From contig JBCBDH010000001.1 of assembly GCA_038529855.1 (NCBI GenBank), positions 1-39,906 on the forward strand: a DNA stretch of 39,906 bases, given 5' to 3'. The DNA is from Bacteroidota bacterium (GTDB lineage: Bacteria; Bacteroidota; Bacteroidia; Chitinophagales; Saprospiraceae). A program made the position numbers and the translations under genes. Below the pieces are notes generated by a model, which saw only the letters and a list, made by a program, of their open reading frames with translations, ran no database searches and was not told the origin of the DNA. Below, one piece after another: positions 19,901 to 27,230 of the stretch (positions are counted from its first letter, which is position 1; each line of letters begins with the position of its first letter).

Positions 19901-20679
19901 TCAATCAAAGTAATAGTGCTGGGGCTTATCAAGATTTGATTACAGTGATTGACGAAACGATGTGGACGGTTGATCCTTTGGGGGGAAGGACAGATAGCAA
20001 TTTATCGGTATTGGTGGGACGACCTTTGGCTTTGGTAAGGGCCAGTTTGGAATATGATATGGCCAAAGTAGAATTGCAGAATCAACAGTGGTTGTCTACG
20101 ACGGAATCCGATAGGACAGATGGCTATTTAGACCTGGATTTTCCCGTTTGGTTGGGCAGTCTTTTGGATCAGAATGATGGCTTAATGGGCTATTTCAAAG
20201 GAACGGATTACAGCCAAATGAACTCTGTTCATCGTTCCGAACTCATTGATCCCAAAAGCCAATACATCGTCAATGAGTCTTTTAGTTTAAAACTTAATCA
20301 AGCCACTTCCTACGTTACGCTACTGCTTGACCCCAGGGGAACAGTCAATGCGGCGACGGGGATATTGCCTGTCCAAACGCAGGAGCTTCCCGCGCGGTAT
20401 GTCGATAGTGCTTTGGAGGCTATGGAAGTCACTTTCCGTACGGGCCCGCTTATTACCAATCCCAATAGCATCCGCATGCCGCTACCTGCAGAAATTAATG
20501 GCAAGTGGTCTTGGATACAGCACGCTGGGGTGACGGTTTGGGAGGAAGTTGATGAAATCGAAAAAACAACGCCCAATGCCTTGTTAAAAGACAGTCCAGC
20601 AAATACCTTAAAAGAGGGTTGGTTAAAGCTTGCTGATGCGCTAGGGAATAATACTGCTGCGAAGGATAAAACAAATTAA
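16918..20679 (+). CDS. Hypothetical protein (1253 aa), cluster core gene
   Basis: A long ORF with an ATG start. The N-terminal motif is PVGIILQWSLPDGFTQG...YPYAPNRWLVVR. A probable coiled-coil or helical segment, LAQLIALNQLQGQSDQETALLERQQRELYALWWKKLYYD, lies at about 18130-18250. I saw no signal peptide or TM helix. Confidence 0.9.
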   Translation: MATSNNVLWSGPRLMVPMTVEAVVVTKPYLNSEWAYLPMKYYNIDRTSDITPDFSGNLTSSSSKPPVGIILQWSLPDGFTQGIEDVQGDVEYPYAPNRWLVVRNASVMAAWVVESDFKGTSEVPGTSAYPNLNGGLVKFIQIGRQIPLTEWQGEQNPTEPFLQAIGPGYPGFSTFSADIQNVFSFHDDMSGIENTKELISYTIVGWYADPTNDPLYGKREFGASGWTTETEWADLMNMRYWSVGDSTDLQISVAAAQAWLAKNGIVVDPSNKQDYYAAQTLCEGLVFNINWEGVDGPTQSGVPTLDNIPPSNLTELPQIAVGNTSIDALSALVNQELIWQGNPIEGVELFLQELQYDLLMASTMTNQRYLVETTIMKAWYTAQYGGREWLVIDPDASTQPDLPDPILAQLIALNQLQGQSDQETALLERQQRELYALWWKKLYYDLNIIFGFPPAGVTIEQFRAINEYLVEQLDPENANSFISQVANLQQSASNDQASLLTAISNLREALSALSPPLSLQEKNRPSRWEANEPVMLVYGAKRSYMHGSDGRFTDNQDLFTRFTGQHLYGIKVAVTDTIDVIVDERNITIPTPTSLAGNPLLPKEVESVWIEHFFLNTSNAEAIAMAACAAAELPYDPALVETIQKQQTLIWNTDVDSPLDQQTLAELSGLQLPPNPSKIPSLVGINAWIPPWNPLYLSWDIRWLPSSQTPSDIMSKWKYDPAAMEYVWDSLEQPDPWENGQRLSGYTLITPASTFVLQQKLATYLAENPNSPYEGIKGFVDTVANWDFLSQSIRNFNDMLIQWNGNQLNAISESDSAYAVVGEETNWAPRPDMTIPFVPIRAGHFVIENVLIVDVFGQVFNPIAAQGLSPRQYKPIIGQGLRTTFSDQIIQLPPRLMQPMRLNFELVSADDKMEDIWVNPEANPVCGWILPNHIDRGITVYDASGKLLGEILLVGGQLNKRLRWDPVPGGTVPVGQPLREQITNLHLLGFVEGLINQSNSAGAYQDLITVIDETMWTVDPLGGRTDSNLSVLVGRPLALVRASLEYDMAKVELQNQQWLSTTESDRTDGYLDLDFPVWLGSLLDQNDGLMGYFKGTDYSQMNSVHRSELIDPKSQYIVNESFSLKLNQATSYVTLLLDPRGTVNAATGILPVQTQELPARYVDSALEAMEVTFRTGPLITNPNSIRMPLPAEINGKWSWIQHAGVTVWEEVDEIEKTTPNALLKDSPANTLKEGWLKLADALGNNTAAKDKTN

Positions 20680-20704
20680 TAGAACCAAAAAATAGATTAA
20701 TATC

Positions 20705-22267
20705 ATGTCATCTTTGCTCAAATATACAGTCACGACCAATCCCAGTCCACTATACTTTACTCGGGATACCCTGAACCCTTCTATTACCAGTATTTTGATT
20801 GCCGTCACGCCAGATGGGACGGAGGATGTTCCTTGCAATGGCATACAATTCGCCATCCAGCTTGGAGCGGAGGATAAGGATTTGACGACGGCGAATAATG
20901 AGTTGAGCATTGTTCCAGAAAGCTTACAAACGACTTGGTCGATGGTGCGTTTTTCACCAGGTATTTATCGAGCTTATCCCATTGCACCAACAACGACCAT
21001 AAAGGCAGGAGAGGTACTTACCTTTCAATTGCAGGGCATTTTGGTCAATGAGAAAGCTGGATCGACGCTTTTGGGAATTGTAGCTAATTTACCTGGCGGG
21101 CCAGATTCTGATAATATTACTTTGACGAAGGTGCGCTCTAATTTAGAAATCAATAGTTTTGATGCTTCGCCTCAAGCCATTTACCCTGGAAACTTTAGCC
21201 AGTTGAGCTGGACAACGACCGCCGCTTCTTCCGTGACGATTCTACCTGAGGGCCCTCCCAGTCTGCCAACCAATGGTACGCTGGAGGTCAGCCCTAATGT
21301 AGCCACTACTTATTATTTGACGGTATTTGGAGAGGGGCCATCTATTACACAGAGCTTTCCTATTCAGGTCATTCGAGCGAAGATTATTGAATTTACCTCT
21401 ACGGATAATTCCATTGATCCTGGCCAACCAGTATTATTGAAGTGGAATGTCCAAGATGCCGCCAATATAGAAATAAGTCCAGGCGGCTATACCAATTTAC
21501 CAGCGATAGGCGAATTGGTGGTTTCGCCGCAGCAGACGACGGCCTATTCTTTGAAAGCCACCAATGTCAATTCAGAAGATCAGCGAGATCTGGTGATTAT
21601 TGTCAGTAATCCGAATCCAAAGATTCTATCTTTTAAGGCCAATCCCGAATCTTTTATTGTCGGCGAATCATCCCCTATTGAATTGTCCTGGGATGCTGAA
21701 AATACTACTACTGTTACCCTTACGCCTGGTAATTACGGTCCGCTTCCGCCCAATAGTTTGGTGATTGTCAATCCGACAGAACCGACCACTTATACCCTGA
21801 CGGCTACGAACAATACGGGTTTGATAGCTATAAAACAGGTGACCGTTTTTGATTCTTATACCAGACGATTTTATTATAATACTACGGAGGCGGCGATGGT
21901 TTATATTGTTATCAATTGTATTGATCTGCCTATTGGTAGTGCAGTAGGGATGCAAGCCTATCCCTATTTGCCACCCCCTTATGGACAGATACAAATTCCA
22001 AAGACCGACATTACGACTAAGCCCATATTCAAATTAGAGACTTTGGTTGCGGTGCCTGCCAATACCAATTTTACTTTTTACGTCAATTATTATCCGCAGG
22101 ATCAGGTTACCCCTCCACATGCGACCATTCAGCTTCAAGTAATTTTATATACTTCGGATGCGGTTCAGCTCAATGAGGATGGAACGGTGAGTATGAAGGC
22201 TGTTGTGAGGGGAACTTATCCCAAGACTACGAAGGACTTGGTTCTTTCACAGGACTTGAAACTTTAA
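20705..22267 (+). CDS. Tandem paralogue P1 (520 aa): conserved N-domain, three Ig-like repeats, variable C-domain
   Basis: N-terminus MSSLLKYTVTTNPSPLYFTRDTLNPSITSILIAVTP. It has three repeats of about 80 aa with the pattern I.SF.A.P..I..G....LSW....A..V.L.P......G...V.P...T.Y.L.A, at roughly 21140-21373, 21374-21607 and 21608-21847. The C-domain occupies 21848-22264. Confidence 0.9.
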   Translation: MSSLLKYTVTTNPSPLYFTRDTLNPSITSILIAVTPDGTEDVPCNGIQFAIQLGAEDKDLTTANNELSIVPESLQTTWSMVRFSPGIYRAYPIAPTTTIKAGEVLTFQLQGILVNEKAGSTLLGIVANLPGGPDSDNITLTKVRSNLEINSFDASPQAIYPGNFSQLSWTTTAASSVTILPEGPPSLPTNGTLEVSPNVATTYYLTVFGEGPSITQSFPIQVIRAKIIEFTSTDNSIDPGQPVLLKWNVQDAANIEISPGGYTNLPAIGELVVSPQQTTAYSLKATNVNSEDQRDLVIIVSNPNPKILSFKANPESFIVGESSPIELSWDAENTTTVTLTPGNYGPLPPNSLVIVNPTEPTTYTLTATNNTGLIAIKQVTVFDSYTRRFYYNTTEAAMVYIVINCIDLPIGSAVGMQAYPYLPPPYGQIQIPKTDITTKPIFKLETLVAVPANTNFTFYVNYYPQDQVTPPHATIQLQVILYTSDAVQLNEDGTVSMKAVVRGTYPKTTKDLVLSQDLKL

Positions 22268-22278
22268 TCAAAGGAATT

Positions 22279-22298
22279 CCTTGGGGCTTGCCCCGAGG
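22279..22298 (+). terminator. GC-rich tetraloop hairpin 12 nt after the P1 stop (possible attenuator)
   Basis: The sequence ccttgggg-cttg-ccccgagg forms an 8-bp stem (one G.U pair). The 3' arm can instead pair perfectly with cctcgggg at 22352-22359. Confidence 0.3.
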
Positions 22299-22389
22299 TG
22301 AAATATATCTTTGCCGCAAAAGCGGCGCCATTAGATACCTTGATGGCTCTGCCTCGGGGTAGTTTATTAACCTTTTTACAAAAAACATT

Positions 22390-23964
22390 ATGGCTGCTCC
22401 ACTTCGCTATACCCTTACGACGAATCCCAGTCCGCTTTACTACACTCGGGATTCGCTCAATCCTTCCATTACTAATATTCTAATTGCGATTACGCCTGAG
22501 GGGGAGGAAGAGGTTTTTTGTGAGGCCCTGCAGTTTACTATTTCGCTTGGCTCAGAGGACTTGGATCTGACTACAGTCGCTAATGAGTCAAGCATCGTTA
22601 CGGAGAGCTTGCAAACAACTTGGTCGATAGAGCGATTTTCGGCGGGGGTGTATCGAGCTTATCCTATTGCACCCAATAGTTCCATCAAAGCGGGAGAGGT
22701 CCTTACTTTTCAGTTGCAGGGTGTTATTGTCAATGAAGTGGCGGGTTCTACACTATTTGATATTGTGGCCAATCTACCCGAAGGGCCAGATGCTACGGAC
22801 ATTACCTTGACCAAGGTACGCTCCAATCTGGAAATCAATTCTTTTTCCGGAAATCCCTCTTCGATTTATCCTGAAGATTCTAGCCAATTGAGCTGGTCGA
22901 CGACGGCTGCCTCTACCGTGACAATCTTACCTGATGGCCCTCCAGGGCTGCCCACTAATGGCACCTTTGATGTCAGTCCCAATGTAGCGACGACTTATTA
23001 TTTGACAGTATTTGGAGAAGGGCCATCCCTTACACAGAGTTTTCCTATACAGGTCGTTCGGGCGCGGATCATTGAATTTACTTCTAGTGATAATTCCATT
23101 ATCCCTGGAGAACCGGTTGCGCTTCGGTGGAATGTGGAGGATGCGGCCTCTATTGAAATTAGTCCTGGCGATCACACGGATTTACCGCCTGTTGGAACTT
23201 TGGTCGTTATGCCTATGCAGACAACGGCTTATTCTTTGAGGGTAACGAATGTGAATTCGGAAGACCAGCGGGATTTGGTTATAGTAGTGAATACGCCCAG
23301 CCCGGAAATTATTTCTTTTAATGCCAGTCCATCTTCCTTTTTTGCACCTGAACCCGTTCCTATTCAATTGTCATGGAATATTGAAAATGCAAGCATTGTG
23401 ACGCTTTCTCCGGGCTCCTATGGGCCGCTTAGGTTGGTTGATTCTGTTACGGTGGATCCTACCGAGCCTACGACCTACACCTTGAGTGCCAGCAATGGAG
23501 GTTTAATAGATATAAAACAATTAACAGTTACGGAGTCTTTCTACAAGAGTTTTGAATATTACAATCAAAACGATGCACTTGCCTGGATTGATATTTTAAC
23601 TACCAATTTGCCAATTGGTAGTGCAGTAGCGATGTTTAGCTTGCCCTATTTTTCTGATCCCTTTCTTCGAGTGAGTATTCCAAAAACGACAGTCAATAGG
23701 TCTCCTAATTTTAAGGCTACGACTTTTTGTGACCTGTTCCGCAATACCAATTATACCTTTACCGTCACCTACTATCCAGAAGGGCAGCCCAACCCCCCCA
23801 ATGGCTCTATCCGTTTGGATGTCATCATCTACCGGTCGGGAGCTGCACAAATTGTAGATGGAAAGCTTGTGCTGAAACCTATTTCTGGAGATAATTATCC
23901 TGAGGAATCTTTTACCACCGTCTTTTCACAAGAAATCAAAATACCCAGTAATGAGACGGAGTAA
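22390..23964 (+). CDS. Tandem paralogue P2 (524 aa)
   Basis: Same architecture as P1, with N-terminus MAAPLRYTLTTNPSPLYYTRDSLNPSITNILIAITP and C-terminus ...VFSQEIKIPSNETE. Confidence 0.9.
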   Translation: MAAPLRYTLTTNPSPLYYTRDSLNPSITNILIAITPEGEEEVFCEALQFTISLGSEDLDLTTVANESSIVTESLQTTWSIERFSAGVYRAYPIAPNSSIKAGEVLTFQLQGVIVNEVAGSTLFDIVANLPEGPDATDITLTKVRSNLEINSFSGNPSSIYPEDSSQLSWSTTAASTVTILPDGPPGLPTNGTFDVSPNVATTYYLTVFGEGPSLTQSFPIQVVRARIIEFTSSDNSIIPGEPVALRWNVEDAASIEISPGDHTDLPPVGTLVVMPMQTTAYSLRVTNVNSEDQRDLVIVVNTPSPEIISFNASPSSFFAPEPVPIQLSWNIENASIVTLSPGSYGPLRLVDSVTVDPTEPTTYTLSASNGGLIDIKQLTVTESFYKSFEYYNQNDALAWIDILTTNLPIGSAVAMFSLPYFSDPFLRVSIPKTTVNRSPNFKATTFCDLFRNTNYTFTVTYYPEGQPNPPNGSIRLDVIIYRSGAAQIVDGKLVLKPISGDNYPEESFTTVFSQEIKIPSNETE

Positions 23965-24000
23965 ATGGATCAATCACCGCTCAAAAATCAAAAATACCCA

Positions 24001-25572
24001 ATGAATACTCTACTTCGATATACCTTGACGACCAATCCCAGTCCGCTTTATTATACTCGGGATTCGCTTAATCCTTCCATCACCAATATCCTCATAGCGA
24101 TTACGCCGAATGAAGGGGAAGAGGTGATGTGTGGTGCTTTGCAATTTAGGATAGCACTCGGTTCAGGTGCAGAAGATTTAACTACGGCTGATCAGGAAAT
24201 CAGCATTGTTCCAGAAAGCTTGCAAACGACTTGGTCGATAGAACGATTTTCAGCGGGTATTTATCGCGCTTTTCCCATTGCGCCCAATAAGGGTATCAAA
24301 GCAGGAGAGGTCATCACTTTTCAACTACAGGGAGTGGTGGTCAATGAGGCAGCGGGCTCTACTTTATTTAAAATTGATGCTACGCTAGCACCACCCAATG
24401 ATTCAGAAAATACTGAAATCACCTTGACTAAGGTGCGCTCTAATCTGGATATCGAAGATTTTTCGGGAAAACCTCCTGCGATCTATCCCGAGGAGTTTTG
24501 TACCTTGAGTTGGACGACCAAGGCTGCTTCCACCGTCGTATTACTACCCGATGCCCCTCCGGGCCTCCCGACGAACGGCACTTATGAAGTGAGTCCGGCT
24601 GTACCTACGACTTATTACTTGGTAGCCTATGGGGAAGGGCCAGCAGTGACAAAGACTTTTCCTGTACAAGTGACACGGGCAAAGATTATTGAATTTACCT
24701 CTAGTGCCAATTCCATTAATCCTGGTGAACCAGTACTACTTCAGTGGAGTGTTCAGGATGCTGCTTCCATCTCAATTAGTCCTGGCGATTACAATGATTT
24801 ACCACCTACGGGTACTTTGGTCGTTATGCCGCTTCAAACAACGGCCTATTCCTTGAAGGTGACCAATGTGAATTCAGAAGATCAGCGGGATTTGGTCGTT
24901 GTCGTCAGTGTGGCTGCTCCTGAAATCTTATCTTTTATTGCTAATCCCCCTTCCTTCTTTGTGCCTGAGCCTGTACCGATAGAGCTATCTTGGGATATTG
25001 TAAATGGCCAGGTGATTACCCTTTCTCCAGGTACTTATGGACCACTTCAGCAAAAGGATTCGGTTACGGTAAATCCCATAGTACCAACTACCTATACCCT
25101 GAGCGCCAGTAATGAAGGTTTGATTGATGTTAAGCAAATAACCGTATCTGAATACCTCACCAAGGAATTTAGGTATTATTCTGAATTGGTATCATTGGTC
25201 TACATCACTATTGAAGCTACTCGTTTGCCTATAGGTAGTGCCTTAAGTATGTATGGCCGACCGATCCTACCTCCTCCAGAGGGGCAGATAAAAATACCCA
25301 AAACAACCGTCAATAAATATCCAGACTATAAGCTACCCACCTTTGAACTGCTTACTGGTAATACTAATTTTACTTTTTATGTAACCTATTATCCAGAAGG
25401 ACAACCCAATCCAAGCAATGCCTCTGTAAAGCTGGATATCTATGTTTATTGGGCAGAGCATCTGGTGTTTAGCCCAGAAGGTAAGCTGAGTTTAGAACCT
25501 ATTGGAGACAAGCTTCCCAAAGCCTCCTTCACCAAGGTCTTTTCAGAAGAATTTAAAATCCCCTCTAGTTGA
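24001..25572 (+). CDS. Tandem paralogue P3 (about 523 aa from ATG 24001)
   Basis: The track start 23965 directly abuts the P2 stop and would add 12 residues (MDQSPLKNQKYP) that no other paralogue has. Those 36 nt resemble the P3/P4 and P4/P5 spacers. ATG 24001 gives MNTLLRYTLTTNPSPLYY, matching the other paralogues. Confidence 0.85.
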   Translation: MNTLLRYTLTTNPSPLYYTRDSLNPSITNILIAITPNEGEEVMCGALQFRIALGSGAEDLTTADQEISIVPESLQTTWSIERFSAGIYRAFPIAPNKGIKAGEVITFQLQGVVVNEAAGSTLFKIDATLAPPNDSENTEITLTKVRSNLDIEDFSGKPPAIYPEEFCTLSWTTKAASTVVLLPDAPPGLPTNGTYEVSPAVPTTYYLVAYGEGPAVTKTFPVQVTRAKIIEFTSSANSINPGEPVLLQWSVQDAASISISPGDYNDLPPTGTLVVMPLQTTAYSLKVTNVNSEDQRDLVVVVSVAAPEILSFIANPPSFFVPEPVPIELSWDIVNGQVITLSPGTYGPLQQKDSVTVNPIVPTTYTLSASNEGLIDVKQITVSEYLTKEFRYYSELVSLVYITIEATRLPIGSALSMYGRPILPPPEGQIKIPKTTVNKYPDYKLPTFELLTGNTNFTFYVTYYPEGQPNPSNASVKLDIYVYWAEHLVFSPEGKLSLEPIGDKLPKASFTKVFSEEFKIPSS

Positions 25573-25617
25573 TGAGTAATCAGCTAAAGCATTTGATCCA
25601 ATACGATAAAAAAATAA

Positions 25618-27186
25618 ATGATGGCGAATCAACTTAAATATGAAATAACGACGAATCCCAGTCCGCTTTACTATACCCGAGACACGCTCAATCCTTCCAT
25701 CACGAATATTATTATAGCGATTACACCAGAGGAGGAGGAAGATATTGTTTGTAGTGCATTGCAATTCAGTATAGCGCTCGGGCCGGATGCCAGCGATTTA
25801 ACTACCGTTAATAATGAAGCCAGCATTGTTCCAGAAAGTCTGCAAAGCACTTGGGCGATAGAGCGATTTTCGGCTGGTATTTATCGGGCCTTTCCCCTTA
25901 CTCCAGACCAAATTATTAAAGCAGGAGAGGTCATCGTATTTCAGTTACAAGGAATTGTGGTCAATGAAGCAGCGGGGGCTACATTGATGAATATTGTTGC
26001 TACGCTGTCGGAGGAGTCGCAAAATACCAATATCGTGCTGAATAAAGTGCGCTCTAATCTGGACATCGTAGATTTTTCGGGAAATCCTCCTGCGATCTAT
26101 CCCGAGGAGTTTTGCACCTTGAGTTGGACCACCGTTGCAGCTTCCACTGTTGTATTACTACCTGACGCCCCTCCGAGCCTTCCGACGAATGGCAGCTATA
26201 AAGTCAGTCCAACCGTACCTACGACCTATTACCTGATTGCCTATGGAGAAGGGCCAGCAGTGACGAAGACTTTTCCCGTGCAGGTGACTCGGGCCCAAAT
26301 AATAGAGTTTACCTCTAGTGATAATTCCATTATTCCCGGGCAAGCAGTTGCGCTTCGGTGGATTGTACAGGATGCGGCCTCTATAGAAATCAGTCCGGGC
26401 GATCATAAGGATTTACCGCCTACGGGTACTTTGGTCGTTATGCCTACGCAAACGACAGCTTACTCTTTGAAGGCGACGAATGTGAATTCGGAAGACCAGC
26501 AAGATTTGGTAGTGGTGGTGAATGTGCCTAGCCCAGAAATCCTTTCCTTTGATGCCGATCCACCTTCTTTTTATGCCCTTGACCCCGTCCCCGTTGAATT
26601 GTCCTGGCGGATAGAAAATGCAAAAATCGTATCGCTATCTCCGGGTACTTACGGACCGCTCAATTTGGTTGATTCGGTTACCGTAAATCCTATGCAAACC
26701 ACAACTTACACCCTAACTGCCAGTAATGACGGTTTAATTGATGTAAGGCAACTGACGGTTCAAGAGACCTATACAAAGGAGTTTGATTATTATAACGCAA
26801 GTGATGTCCTGGCTTGGATTGATTTATTGTGTTTTAACCTACCCATTGGAAGCGCAGTCGCCCTGCATGCTACGCCTCAATTTTTGCAACCTGACTCTCG
26901 GATCAATATCCCAAAAACAACGGTCGATACCTATCCGGAATTTAAGGCTTCAACTTTTAGCGGCCTTGTTGGGGATACGACCTATACATTTTTTTTCACT
27001 TATTATCCAGAAGGACAGCCCACTCCTCCCGACGGCTATTTCCGACTAGAAATTGTTACCTACAATTCGGAAGCTGCGCAGCTGGTGGATGGCAAGATTG
27101 TCTTAAAATCTATTTCTGGGGATAATTATCCCGAAGAGTCCTATACAAAAGTCTTTTCGAAAGAATTTAAAATTCCTTCTGGTTGA
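25618..27186 (+). CDS. Tandem paralogue P4 (522 aa)
   Basis: N-terminus MMANQLKYEITTNPSPLYYTRDTLNPSITNIIIAITP, same architecture, C-terminus ...VFSKEFKIPSG. Confidence 0.9.
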   Translation: MMANQLKYEITTNPSPLYYTRDTLNPSITNIIIAITPEEEEDIVCSALQFSIALGPDASDLTTVNNEASIVPESLQSTWAIERFSAGIYRAFPLTPDQIIKAGEVIVFQLQGIVVNEAAGATLMNIVATLSEESQNTNIVLNKVRSNLDIVDFSGNPPAIYPEEFCTLSWTTVAASTVVLLPDAPPSLPTNGSYKVSPTVPTTYYLIAYGEGPAVTKTFPVQVTRAQIIEFTSSDNSIIPGQAVALRWIVQDAASIEISPGDHKDLPPTGTLVVMPTQTTAYSLKATNVNSEDQQDLVVVVNVPSPEILSFDADPPSFYALDPVPVELSWRIENAKIVSLSPGTYGPLNLVDSVTVNPMQTTTYTLTASNDGLIDVRQLTVQETYTKEFDYYNASDVLAWIDLLCFNLPIGSAVALHATPQFLQPDSRINIPKTTVDTYPEFKASTFSGLVGDTTYTFFFTYYPEGQPTPPDGYFRLEIVTYNSEAAQLVDGKIVLKSISGDNYPEESYTKVFSKEFKIPSG

Positions 27187-27230
27187 TGACCAATCAGCTA
27201 AACCATTTGAGTAAGCTTGATAAAAAATAA

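Noticed and set aside
22298-22483. 61-aa ORF spanning the P1/P2 spacer and the start of P2
   Set aside because: It has a GTG start inside a structured spacer, runs out of frame into the strongly conserved P2 N-terminus, and has no counterpart at the other paralogue junctions.
23965-24000. An upstream ATG that would extend P3 by 12 residues and abut the P2 stop
   Set aside because: The extension has no equivalent in P1, P2, P4 or P5, and the DNA resembles the non-coding spacers before P4 and P5. I kept it only as an alternative start.
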